A stretch of DNA of 62,119 nucleotides, the filler included, from Barthelona sp. PAP020 (taxonomy: Eukaryota), in NCBI GenBank assembly GCA_040182905.1. It is 5 parts of 5 records of this genome, joined end to end, with 100 filler letters (N's around TTAATTAATTAA, not from the genome) between each part and the next. Parts side by side here need not be neighbours in the genome. Positions count along the whole stretch, not along the records: positions 1 to 12,400 come from JARQWU010000346.1; 4 more parts are not named here. One strand, written 5' to 3'. Positions 1-10,499 of this stretch are shown here, one piece after another. Within the stretch, counting starts at the first letter, position 1; the number at the start of each line of letters is the position of its first letter. Position numbers and translations under genes: made by a program. The notes beneath the pieces were generated by a model that saw nothing but the letters and a program-made list of their open reading frames with translations, was not told the origin of the DNA and made no database searches.

Positions 1-226
1 TTGATTGAATTAAATTTGCCAAGAACGTTATCGTTTTCAAAGAAAAAATGTAATAAAAGCAATCAAAGAAAACTCATTTCATTAAATCTCAGCCACAGAA
101 AATGAGTGGCTGCAATTGAATCTTGCTCATCAAGAATGAAAATTTTGGAAAAATTCTTCATTCCCATTCTTTTGTATTTTTGCAAAAGCAAAATTTTAAA
201 GTTTAAACTTTGCCTTAGAAAATCTA

Positions 227-328
227 AAGTTTTTCAACAGATCAATCGGACCTCGAAAGCTTTTAACCAAATAAACACTATTCTTTTTTATTCACTCATA
301 CGCACAGTGCTTCTTGGCTTGGAAATAA
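227..328. repeat. Dispersed repeat A, copy 1
   Basis: Matches the reverse complement of 49736-49837 at 100/102 positions by manual alignment. Confidence 0.93.
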
Positions 329-381
329 CTAATAAAAAACATGTTAGAGGTTTATTTGTTTTAACTTTTGTTGAAGTGAGA

Positions 382-3300
382 CTATTCTTGAGAAAAATCA
401 GATACAAAAGGAATATTTGAAATATTTTCTTGATTTTTCAAAGATAAAACTAAATTAGCTTCTGTTGTTTCAATTAAAACTAATCTATTTGTTAATAACT
501 TGATTTCTCTATCTTTCTCAAATAATTTAGATTCCAAATCTTTAATTTTTTGATTTTTATACAGACTTTCAAAGAGATTATCTTTATTTTTTTCCAAATT
601 ATTAATTAAATGTTTAAAGTTTTGAAACAGAAGTTCATTATTTTGGTTTTGAATGAGAATAAAGAAATCTTTTTTTAATGCATTATTTTCCTCTTTTAAA
701 ATATTAATTTCTGTGATATATTCTGCTTTTAATTCCTTACAATATTCTTGTGTTTTATTTTGATGATATTCCAATAACTTTCTGAATTCTTGTTTATCAT
801 AATCCAAGCCTTGCTTTAATTTAACTTCCAATTCAATGATCTCTTGTTCATATTGAGATTTCAATGAATAATACTGTTCTTCTAATGATGTTTTATCAGA
901 TAATTTCATCAATAAATCTTCTTTTTCCTTTTTAAGCTTTGAATTGAGCACTAATAAATCATTAATATTGTTAGACATTTGTTGCAATTGATTTTCAAAT
1001 TCATTTAACTGTTTATCTTTAAGAATGAGATTTTCTTCTTTATTTGCCAAAGTTTTTTGTAATTGAATAATATTTGTTTGAACATTTTCAAAACTCTCAT
1101 AATTTCCGATAGCTTTTTGTAATCTATTGGAAAGAATAGTTAGATTAGAATTAGTATTTTCAATTTTTTCATTTTTTGTTTCTAATTTATGAATTTTTTG
1201 AGATAATTTTAAATTTTGATCATTCATATCATCAAAATTAATTTTCAAATTTTCAAAATTTGAATTCATTTCAAAAAGTTTTTGATTTTTGATTTTGATT
1301 AATTCATCACGTTTTTCAATATCTTTTTTCAAATCATTTAATAACACTTCAGTTTCTTCACCTTGATTTGTTAAAAAGTTTTTCAATTCTTCAATTTTTA
1401 TGTCTTTTTGTTTCATATTTTCAATCAATTCCATATTTTTTATGGAAAGTTCTTCATTCTTAATTATTGTTTCATTATATGTTTCTTTCATTCGATATTT
1501 TGAATTATTTTGTTCTATTTGATTCTTTTGACAATCTTTACTTTGTTTTTGTAAAATTTCAATTCGATCACAAACTTTTTGTATTTTATTTAAAATATTC
1601 TCAATATTCTCATTCATCAATTCATCAAAAAACTTTTCAAATTCTTTTTCAAGTAGAACAAATTCATTTTGCTTATCATTCAATAATTTTTTTAACATTG
1701 ATTCAATTTTTTCCTTTTCTTCATAATTCTTTTTAGATTCAATCATCAATTCATTGATTCTTTCTTTTAACTCATTGATTTCAAAATCTTTTGAATTTAT
1801 CAATTTTAAAAATTCCAAATTTCTATTTTGTAAATTTATAAACTGTTTATTTGTATCTTCAAAAAGAATTTCCAAATTTTTAAATTTTTTTTCATAAATT
1901 TGTAAATTTTCAACTTTTTCCATACTTTTTTGTAATTTTTTTTCCAAATTTTTTTTATCAAGTTTTAAAACTATTGTTTCCTTTGCAAATTGATCAATTT
2001 TTCGATTTAAATTTGAATTTCTTTGAATTAAATTATTGTTTTTGAATTTAAATTCTTTGTTATTATTGTTTAATTTTAGCAAATTATTCATTCTTTTATT
2101 TGATTGATTTTGCAAAGTTTCAAAATTTTCTTCCAAAGTTTCAAAAGTTTGATTCAATTTTTCATTAGTTTTTTGTAAATTTCTATTATCTTCTTCTAAT
2201 TTTGTTATAATACCAACATAGATCTCATTCTTATTTTTTATCTCCTTCACCTCTAATACAATCAATTCATATTGTTTAGAAAGGTCATTAAATAATTTAG
2301 TTGAAGAAATTTGAACTTGCTCAAGGTTTTGCTTTTCTATTGACAATGAATTGAATTTATTTGACAGGTTTGAATTTTCTTTTTCTTTTTCTTTGAGTTG
2401 ATTCATTACGTTGTTATTTTCTTTCTTTAATTTGAAATTTTCCTTCAACAATTGTTGATTTTTACTTTTTAATTCAGTAAATTCTTTAAAAATTTCTAAA
2501 CTTTTAGAATTCATTAAGGTTAAAGTATTTTTCAAAAGGGAAATATTTCTTTTCTTTTCTATTTCTTCTTCTTCTTTTTGTTCTTTTTGTTCTTGTTCTT
2601 GTTGAATAAAAACATTAGATCGTATCAATAAAAAAAGATTATTCACATCAGAACTGTACAGAGTCAACCTTTCATTCAAATGAATGTTTTCTTTTTCCAA
2701 CAAAATCAATTTTTCTTTCAATTTAGCAAATTCATCTATTTTTTCTTTCAAACTATTGTTTATATTAATAAGATTCTCATTTTGATCCCCAATATCAAAA
2801 AATTTTTCCTCAAGTATCACAACATCTTTAATTTTTTCTTTTACAATCTTCATCAATTCTTCACATTCTTCTTCTTTTCTTTTTTCATTGATCTTAAGTT
2901 GTATACTAATTTCATTCAAATTTTCAACTTCTTGTTCCATTGATTTAATCTTTTCTGCAAAAATATCTTTTTCTTCTTGTAATTTTGCATTCATCATTCT
3001 AAGATCTTCATTTTCTTTTGAGACTTCCTTCAATTGATTCGTTAATTCTTTTTTTTCATATTCACATCTTTTTAACTCAATAATTTCTTCATTTGTTTCT
3101 TTAATTAAAGTTTTCAATTTTTGAATCTCTATTGAATAATCTTCACATGAATTATGACTTTCATTCAGTTTTGTCAATAACTCTTGTTCTTTTTTCATAC
3201 TTTTTTCAATTTCTTCCTCTAAACTTTTTATTATAACAGACTTATCATTAATTGTCAATTTTGTTTGATTCAATTCAACATCCAATTCTTTAATTCTTTC

Positions 3301-5727
3301 ATTTATTTCAGTATGTTTCAAAATTGCAATATCATGATCTTGGTTTTTTTCTTTTAGAATAGTTTTCAAATTTAAGATTTCTAATTCATATTCTTTAACA
3401 GTCTCTTTTGTTGTATAAAATTCCATTTCAAGAGCTTTATGGTTTTTAGTCGTCAGATCAAATGCACTTTGTAATTTATTGATTTCTATTGTGGAAGCAT
3501 CAAGATTTTTCATTAATTCAGTTGATTTCATGAGGGAAACTTCCAATTTAGTGTTTAGATCAATGAGATCCTTGCTTGATTTTTCTCTTAAATTTTGATA
3601 TTTTAAAGACAACTCTTCATTATCTGTTCTCAATGCATTATTTAATTCTTTCAATTCCATTACCTCTTTTTTTGTTGAATCAAACAAATGATGTTCATCT
3701 GAGGATTCTTTCCTTAATATTTCAAATTGATCTTTCAAGCTGCCAAAATCATTCTTTAATTCGTTATTAAATGCCGTTGATTGTTGTAGATTTCCTTGAA
3801 GATCACTGATCAACACTTCAAATTCTTTATTTTCATCTTCAACTTTCTTTCTTGAATTCTGTAGGACTGTAATCGTTGAATTCAAATCGACTATTGTGGA
3901 TTCCATTTCAGTTATTCTAATCTTATGAATATCATTTTCTTCTTTCAAAACTTTCATTAAACTTTTCAAATTTTTGATGGATAATTCTTTTTCTTCACAA
4001 AGGTTTTTAATACCTTCAGTTTCTGACAATTGTTGACTACATTCTTTAATCTTTTCATCCTTTTGATTGATTTGATCAACTAAATCATTATTTTCCTTCA
4101 ATATCTCTGATAATTTCATCTTATATTCCATGTTCTCTTTTTCAACTTCATTCATCTTAATAGATAATTGGTTATTCATTTTGATCGTTTCTAATTCATT
4201 GATTTTGTTGGAAAATTCAACGTCAATTTTCTCATCAATCATCTGTTGATCCAATTCTTGTCCTAAATAATCATTTGTCATTTTAAGATCATCTGTAAGT
4301 GAAACAACTTGAGTGTATTGCAATTCACCATCCATTAACAAAGAATCAATTTCATTTTCCATCGAATAAATCTCATTTTCCAAATGTTTGGCAGAAAGTT
4401 CTTTAGATTTGCAAAAATTATCTACTTTTGAACTCAAACCATTTATTCTTGAAGAAATATGATGGATGTTTTCTTTAAATTCATGTTCTTGAACTTCAAT
4501 ATGCTTAGAGAGATCATTAGCAGAATCATATAAATCATGCCATATTTGAATTTCTTTTTCATGTGAAGAAATCTGTTCATCTTTCGTTTTGAACATTTTT
4601 TTCATGTCTTCTAAAGATTTTTCCAAATTCCCAATATCCAACTCATATTTTTTCACGACAGTTTGCAAATCTTCTTCTTTTTTCTTCTTTCTATCCAATT
4701 TTTCTTTTAATACAACATTTTCTTCTTTTAGTGAACTAATTGTTTCCCTTTCACTTTGATTTTCTAATTCAGAGGTCACAACATCGTAATCTTTCAAAGG
4801 ATTAATCAATTTGTACTCTAAAATCCGTAAATCTTTTTCAATACTATTTTTAAACCCATTAATATCATTAGGTCTTTCCTCAACAGTGGAAATTTCATAA
4901 GAATTATTATTAATTAAAGTTTGAAAGGTTTGTAATTCTTCTTTCAATTTTTTATTTTCATCTTTCAATTGTTCATAATGTATTGTAACTATGGAAGCAT
5001 CTTCCACCATTTCCAATAATTCATTGCAAGTCTTTTCATAATCGTATTTTTCTTTTCTCAAAATATTAATTTCATTCGCAGACGGATAATCATACAGTAA
5101 ATTTGTTGAATCAATTCGTAACTCTTTTAAATCTTGTTCATCTAAATATTCTAATTTGGGAAAAACAACTGTTAAAAATATTTCAAAATAATACAAATAA
5201 TTTCCATTCGGATTTAAAAAAGGATTACAACTATATATTAGTTTTACTAAATTATGCAAATTTTTTATTGATTTGTAGAAATTTTTTATATTATTTATTT
5301 TATTATACGATACATCTAATAGTTTTAATTTATTTAAATTAACAAGAATAGGTAATTTTTCAATATTATTATGGGATAAAATTAAAATTTCCAAATTACT
5401 TAATTGATTAATTGCCACATCAATTTTTTCAATATTGTTATGGGATAAATTTAATTGTTTCAATTGTTTTAAACTATATATTACATTAAACTTTTCAATA
5501 TTATGATTTACCAATATTATTCTGTTAAATTTTTTTAACATCTCAATATCATTTTCAAATCTTTTTAAATTATTCAATCTTTTATTGACAGTAAATCTGT
5601 TTCCATCTTCATATAATTCTAAAGTATTTTCATCATTATCTGTTTTTGAAAAATCTTTTTCATCATTTATATTGGTTAAATTTCTCCGAACTATATCTTC
5701 AAATAGTGTAATTTCATTATTATTCAT
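382..5727 (-). CDS. SDS22-type leucine-rich-repeat + long coiled-coil protein (centriolin/LRRCC1-like architecture)
   Basis: 1781-aa ORF; N-terminal LxxLxLSHNNI repeats, LRRcap-like VFPKLEYLD, then >1500 aa E/K/L/N-rich heptad sequence. Confidence 0.8.
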   Translation of the reverse strand: MNNNEITLFEDIVRRNLTNINDEKDFSKTDNDENTLELYEDGNRFTVNKRLNNLKRFENDIEMLKKFNRIILVNHNIEKFNVIYSLKQLKQLNLSHNNIEKIDVAINQLSNLEILILSHNNIEKLPILVNLNKLKLLDVSYNKINNIKNFYKSIKNLHNLVKLIYSCNPFLNPNGNYLYYFEIFLTVVFPKLEYLDEQDLKELRIDSTNLLYDYPSANEINILRKEKYDYEKTCNELLEMVEDASIVTIHYEQLKDENKKLKEELQTFQTLINNNSYEISTVEERPNDINGFKNSIEKDLRILEYKLINPLKDYDVVTSELENQSERETISSLKEENVVLKEKLDRKKKKEEDLQTVVKKYELDIGNLEKSLEDMKKMFKTKDEQISSHEKEIQIWHDLYDSANDLSKHIEVQEHEFKENIHHISSRINGLSSKVDNFCKSKELSAKHLENEIYSMENEIDSLLMDGELQYTQVVSLTDDLKMTNDYLGQELDQQMIDEKIDVEFSNKINELETIKMNNQLSIKMNEVEKENMEYKMKLSEILKENNDLVDQINQKDEKIKECSQQLSETEGIKNLCEEKELSIKNLKSLMKVLKEENDIHKIRITEMESTIVDLNSTITVLQNSRKKVEDENKEFEVLISDLQGNLQQSTAFNNELKNDFGSLKDQFEILRKESSDEHHLFDSTKKEVMELKELNNALRTDNEELSLKYQNLREKSSKDLIDLNTKLEVSLMKSTELMKNLDASTIEINKLQSAFDLTTKNHKALEMEFYTTKETVKEYELEILNLKTILKEKNQDHDIAILKHTEINERIKELDVELNQTKLTINDKSVIIKSLEEEIEKSMKKEQELLTKLNESHNSCEDYSIEIQKLKTLIKETNEEIIELKRCEYEKKELTNQLKEVSKENEDLRMMNAKLQEEKDIFAEKIKSMEQEVENLNEISIQLKINEKRKEEECEELMKIVKEKIKDVVILEEKFFDIGDQNENLININNSLKEKIDEFAKLKEKLILLEKENIHLNERLTLYSSDVNNLFLLIRSNVFIQQEQEQKEQKEEEEIEKKRNISLLKNTLTLMNSKSLEIFKEFTELKSKNQQLLKENFKLKKENNNVMNQLKEKEKENSNLSNKFNSLSIEKQNLEQVQISSTKLFNDLSKQYELIVLEVKEIKNKNEIYVGIITKLEEDNRNLQKTNEKLNQTFETLEENFETLQNQSNKRMNNLLKLNNNNKEFKFKNNNLIQRNSNLNRKIDQFAKETIVLKLDKKNLEKKLQKSMEKVENLQIYEKKFKNLEILFEDTNKQFINLQNRNLEFLKLINSKDFEINELKERINELMIESKKNYEEKEKIESMLKKLLNDKQNEFVLLEKEFEKFFDELMNENIENILNKIQKVCDRIEILQKQSKDCQKNQIEQNNSKYRMKETYNETIIKNEELSIKNMELIENMKQKDIKIEELKNFLTNQGEETEVLLNDLKKDIEKRDELIKIKNQKLFEMNSNFENLKINFDDMNDQNLKLSQKIHKLETKNEKIENTNSNLTILSNRLQKAIGNYESFENVQTNIIQLQKTLANKEENLILKDKQLNEFENQLQQMSNNINDLLVLNSKLKKEKEDLLMKLSDKTSLEEQYYSLKSQYEQEIIELEVKLKQGLDYDKQEFRKLLEYHQNKTQEYCKELKAEYITEINILKEENNALKKDFFILIQNQNNELLFQNFKHLINNLEKNKDNLFESLYKNQKIKDLESKLFEKDREIKLLTNRLVLIETTEANLVLSLKNQENISNIPFVSDFSQE

Positions 5728-6002
5728 TTGTATTCGTTTTTTCCATCATATTAATCATAAAACAATATTCTTTTCATTTTTTTATTATTATATTACTTTC
5801 ACTCTTTTAGTTTTGTTAAAAACAAAACAAAATTACAACAACAAATACATATAAAAAAAAACCTTTTTATTTTTATTATTAAAAATCTTTTGGAATTTGA
5901 TGTCAAACCAAAAATGAAAGTTAGGATTTATTTTTGAACATAAATGCAATAAATAAACACATATCTATAAATAAAAATACGTAATCCTGAAAAAAAAGTT
6001 TT

Positions 6003-6314
6003 CTAAAAACCGTGAACAACTAATTGTTCTCTATCAGCAATTCCTTGATCGACTAACCAAGTACAAACCGTTTGATTGTGTTTACCTTGTAATTGAATGA
6101 CAGGTCCATGATTTTCATCTTGAATCAACACACCATTACAAGAAAGAAGTTTCTTCATAGCTTTGATAATTTTTTCATGATCAAATTCATCAGGAATATT
6201 TGTAATAGTAGTTACCCATTTTGATTTTCTTGGTTGAATATTAACATGAATTTTGTGAATATAACCATTGTTAGTATCATTATTAAAATCGTCAAAATTA
6301 GGTTCTAAATCCAT
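6003..6314 (-). CDS. SUI1: Translation initiation factor eIF1 (SUI1)
   Basis: 103 aa; KIIKAMKKLLSCNG, VIQLQG and terminal VHGF motifs. Confidence 0.95.
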   Translation of the reverse strand: MDLEPNFDDFNNDTNNGYIHKIHVNIQPRKSKWVTTITNIPDEFDHEKIIKAMKKLLSCNGVLIQDENHGPVIQLQGKHNQTVCTWLVDQGIADREQLVVHGF

Positions 6315-6544
6315 ATTGAACTAAAATTTCAAAGTGATTATAAAGAAAAAAGTTCAAAAAAGAAAGAAAAATTTTTTGAAATTATGAGACTTCAATTCCA
6401 TTTTTGACACTAAGTCTTTTGTATATTATATAGGCTTTTATTTTGTATATTTCACTAAAAACATTGATAATTACAATATAGAATAGATTTATTTTGGGAC
6501 CCACAGCATCAACAGATCCAACGAACACAATTAACAATAATATT

Positions 6545-8728
6545 ATGAATGAAGATGATGAAACGTTGGATCAAAACACAAAACGCTCTTCATTCAAAGA
6601 TGATATTAAAGAAAAGGAAGATTTAGCTGGTTCAATTCAAACCAATTTTAATCCATCTTTTTCTCAACCATTTAAATGTCTAACACGACCAGGACAACCA
6701 CAACATAACAAAGATAATGACAATGAAAATTGGGATTTAATTGTACATGAACAAGATATTATTGTCAATTCCAATGGTGAAGAATTTGTTGTTTTGTCAT
6801 TATTAGGACATGGTACATTTGGTCAAGTATTTAAAGTCGTTCATAAAGAAACGAACGTTAAATATGCCATAAAAGTTATTAAGAACAAACCTGCTTATCA
6901 TCGACAAGGAAAAGTGGAAGTTAGAATACTTGAAACTATTCAAACTAAAGCTGTAGAAAAAGGTTTAGAAAGCAACGCGTATCCTCTATTAGATCATTGG
7001 GAATTTAAATCTCACTTGTGTTTACAATTCCCTCTTTTAGGTAAGAATCTCTATGATATCATTAAAGCCAACCATTTTAGAGGAATTTCATTGGAAGCTA
7101 TACGAATCATTGTGAAACAGATTTTACAATGTATGGTTTTGTTGGATGAATGTCAAATTATTCATTCGGATCTTAAACCTGAAAATATTTTGCTTAATGA
7201 GGATGGAACATTAAGCATATCAGTTATCGATTTTGGATCAGCTTGTACAATTTCAAAAACACTTTATTCATATGTTCAATCCCGATTTTATCGTTCTCCT
7301 GAAGTCCTTGTTGGATTACCATATACAAATTCTATCGATATGTGGTCATTAGGATGTATTGCAGCAGAATTATATCTTGGGCTACCTTTATTTCCGGGGG
7401 TCAGTGAATACAACCAAATATATCGAGTCATAGAAATGTGTGGACCGTTACCAGATTATATGGTTCGTTATGGTAGTCGAACCAGTCGTTATTTCCAACC
7501 CAGAGAAAATTATCAAAATCAACAAAGTCAACGTCGTATTGTTCGAAGAAGAGGACATGATTATGAATACGATGCTAACAGACCTTATGAGGAAAAAGAT
7601 TGTTTCTACAGGCTGAAAACTGATCAAGAATTGCTTAAAGAGAAGGGAATTAAGACACCCCCTCAACGGAGATATTTTAGATACAGATATTTACCTGATT
7701 TAATTCATAACTATCCAATAACGCATCCTTCTGCTAGAGTAATGGATGAAAATGCTGTTTTGGAGCATTTATTCAAAGGATTGAAATTAAATTCTGAACG
7801 TGTTGAAAGAAAACAACCTCAAAAAATCGATCTAAGTGAAGAAGAAATCCAATGGATAAGGTATGAAAGGTCCATTTTTATTAACTTTATTGAGCATTGT
7901 TTAATATTAGATCCATGGCAAAGAATAACACCTAGACAAGCTTTATTGCATCCTTTTGTGAATAAACAACCATTTTTGAAAGATTTTGCCCTATTACCTG
8001 ATCAATTACCAAGAGACCGTTTATCTTCATTGTACTCCTCCTTTGATATTCGAGGATCTGTTCGTAATCTTAGTATTCCAACCAGTACTGTTATTGGAAA
8101 TATTTCAGATATTGTAAGAACCCAGTTGGAATCGTATATGCATGGATTAAGAGCTAGAAAAGATAGTATTGATGATGATGGATTAAATAGTAGAGATAAT
8201 GCAGAAGCGTCACCAAGTCCTAGAAATAATGATGAAAAGGTCGATGCAGTTCAAGAAAAATTCACAGAAAAAGACGTTGTTGATCAAAATACTCCTTTGA
8301 GTTCCTTGTCTTTCCAATTGCAAAACATAGATAAACAAGATATTGACAATGATAAAAAGGAAGTTGATGAGTACATTTTTGATTTCTCGAATGATCAACC
8401 TAATAACAATGTAAAAGTACAAGTTGTTGAACCATCTGATATTGATCAAGAAATAGATCAGCCGATGGGTAGATTAAACAAACAAAGAACATTCCAAGGG
8501 CCTTCTTCATTATCATTCAAACCTTTATCACACCTTACTCAACAAAATAAAAATTTGGACCCAACAGCTCCGGAGGGTTCATTAGTTCCTCCCAGTAGTA
8601 ATGGCATTCAACTTTCAAACAGGGTTTCTGAAGCTAACAGAGCAGGACGAGGCGCACCAAAACCTTTGAATCATTCATTGGGAAATGAAACAGAACATGA
8701 CCAAACCGAACAAAATATGGAAACATGA
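6545..8728 (+). CDS. YAK1: DYRK-family dual-specificity kinase, YAK1-like
   Basis: LGHGTFGQV, AIKVIKNKPAY, HSDLKPEN, DFGSA, YSYVQSRFYRSPEV activation loop, N-terminal DNENWDLI motif. First ATG at 6545; the track's TTG start at 6494 is doubtful. Confidence 0.9.
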   Translation: MNEDDETLDQNTKRSSFKDDIKEKEDLAGSIQTNFNPSFSQPFKCLTRPGQPQHNKDNDNENWDLIVHEQDIIVNSNGEEFVVLSLLGHGTFGQVFKVVHKETNVKYAIKVIKNKPAYHRQGKVEVRILETIQTKAVEKGLESNAYPLLDHWEFKSHLCLQFPLLGKNLYDIIKANHFRGISLEAIRIIVKQILQCMVLLDECQIIHSDLKPENILLNEDGTLSISVIDFGSACTISKTLYSYVQSRFYRSPEVLVGLPYTNSIDMWSLGCIAAELYLGLPLFPGVSEYNQIYRVIEMCGPLPDYMVRYGSRTSRYFQPRENYQNQQSQRRIVRRRGHDYEYDANRPYEEKDCFYRLKTDQELLKEKGIKTPPQRRYFRYRYLPDLIHNYPITHPSARVMDENAVLEHLFKGLKLNSERVERKQPQKIDLSEEEIQWIRYERSIFINFIEHCLILDPWQRITPRQALLHPFVNKQPFLKDFALLPDQLPRDRLSSLYSSFDIRGSVRNLSIPTSTVIGNISDIVRTQLESYMHGLRARKDSIDDDGLNSRDNAEASPSPRNNDEKVDAVQEKFTEKDVVDQNTPLSSLSFQLQNIDKQDIDNDKKEVDEYIFDFSNDQPNNNVKVQVVEPSDIDQEIDQPMGRLNKQRTFQGPSSLSFKPLSHLTQQNKNLDPTAPEGSLVPPSSNGIQLSNRVSEANRAGRGAPKPLNHSLGNETEHDQTEQNMET

Positions 8729-9170
8729 CACTGTTAATGTATATAAATAAATTTTTTTCATTTTTTTCTGTTCAATATTGCGGTTGGGACATTCTAAACA
8801 CCAAAATAATGGAGAATAAAAAGAAAAGCTGTCTCTGGTAATAGTGCACCACTTTTTCACCTTCCTAAAATATCAATATGCTCTATTTTCATTCATAGGA
8901 TTATTTCCTTTTTTGAGGCTTTTTTCAGATTTTCAAATTAACAAAATAAGGAATAAGACTTTTTCAGTCATTTAAACAATATAAAACAATCTTTATCCCT
9001 TCAAAAACAATCTGCTTGCAAGTAGTTTGTAATTGTAATGCCTTTCATTGAAATTACTTATTTTCATTCATTTTAAAAAAATAACTCCATTATATTGGAT
9101 TCAAATAAAAAATTACACAAATTTATTGATAAAAGTACAAAAATTTTCAGTAAAAGAGATCATTCTTTGG

Positions 9171-10163
9171 TCATTCAAAAGAAGGATGCTCACATGAATG
9201 TAAGATTGAATAAACCTTGATAGTATTATTTGTACATCTTCCACAAGCTAATTGTGTCATGTCAGGAGAAATAGCAAAGGAATAAAAAACGTTATCACAA
9301 CCACAGTGGATCTTTTGAATCTGCTGCAAATTAACCCAATCTATCGAAGTAATAAACCCATCTGCAGACATGACAAGCAAAACTACAGAATTCAAGAATT
9401 GAAGAGCCCGAACTTCACTTTTCATATCAATTGTATGGATAAGTAATCCATTATCAATGTTCCAAAGCTTAACTTTATTGGAAATATCTCCAACTGCAAT
9501 AATCCCTTTAGATGGATGAAAATCTACCGCATATATACAATCATCATGTTGAAAAGTATTTAAAACAAAGAAATTGTTGGCATCAATTAATTTAGCGGTA
9601 TTATCAATGCTTCCAGTTAAGATATATTTACCACAGCCTGAAAGTTTAAACCTCCAAATACCTTCATCATGCAATTTGGCCTGCAAAACAATTGTCCTGC
9701 TTGATATCTTGAACTTCTTTAGATTTCCATTATCATCGCTGCAATATATATAATTCTCACAATGTGAAAAACAAACTCCAAAAATAAAAGCGTTATTACT
9801 CAATCTGGTAAAAACAGAAAAATCTGGAAGATTGTAAATGAGAATGGTTTTATCAATAGAACTTGTGGCTAACATTAGCCCATCTTGTGAAAAACAAATA
9901 CTACAGATAGCAGCCGAATGATTCTTCAAAGAATAAATTAAATTATAATTCTCTGTATCAATTATATGTACACAACCATCATAACAACCAACCACCAAAT
10001 ATTTACCATTCGGTGAATATGAACAATCAAACATATAATTATATAATCCATCGGAAAGCAAATCTGCAATTTCACAAACATTGCTTTCATCAAGCTTCCA
10101 AAGAAGCTCATCTTCAATATGTTCTTCTGTTATTTTTGTGCTTAAAGTGCCAGACATACTCAT
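9171..10163 (-). CDS. WD40 beta-propeller protein, paralog 1 (lacks the family C-terminal domain)
   Basis: WD-like repeats (YSPNGKYL, FSQDGLMLATSSIDKT, VKLWN); closely similar to 23374-24591 but ends about 70 aa earlier. Confidence 0.85.
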   Translation of the reverse strand: MSMSGTLSTKITEEHIEDELLWKLDESNVCEIADLLSDGLYNYMFDCSYSPNGKYLVVGCYDGCVHIIDTENYNLIYSLKNHSAAICSICFSQDGLMLATSSIDKTILIYNLPDFSVFTRLSNNAFIFGVCFSHCENYIYCSDDNGNLKKFKISSRTIVLQAKLHDEGIWRFKLSGCGKYILTGSIDNTAKLIDANNFFVLNTFQHDDCIYAVDFHPSKGIIAVGDISNKVKLWNIDNGLLIHTIDMKSEVRALQFLNSVVLLVMSADGFITSIDWVNLQQIQKIHCGCDNVFYSFAISPDMTQLACGRCTNNTIKVYSILHSCEHPSFE

Positions 10164-10499
10164 TATGTTAACAATAATTGAAATGATTCTTTAAAGAATT
10201 TTCCATGTTGAACTTTGTTTGTTATGCATCGACAGCTAAAATATGATTAAAAGAAATTACTGATAAAAATAATATTCAATCAATTGGATCACCAATTTGA
10301 TAAAATAAAGAAGAATTTATGTGTCAGAACAACAAAAAATATGCGATTTTTATTAACATTCAAAGAAAATGATCCATAAATGATTTGAAAAACATTTCAA
10401 AACTGCTTGTATGGGATATTAAAAAAAAAAAACTGGGAAAATTTGACCAATAATTGTGTTCAACTAATAACGAGAAAGAAAATGTCTGCAGAAGAAACA

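Noticed and set aside
303..341. CACAGTG heptamer suggesting an RSS/Transib end
   Set aside because: It is internal to repeat A rather than terminal, and the weak nonamer-like sequence is outside the region shared by both copies.
106..420. 104-aa + strand ORF and the many short antisense or nested ORFs in the track (e.g. 15434-15862, 28719-29393, 37558-37875, 54383-54768)
   Set aside because: Mostly non-ATG starts, no motifs, and shadows of real genes or low-complexity DNA.
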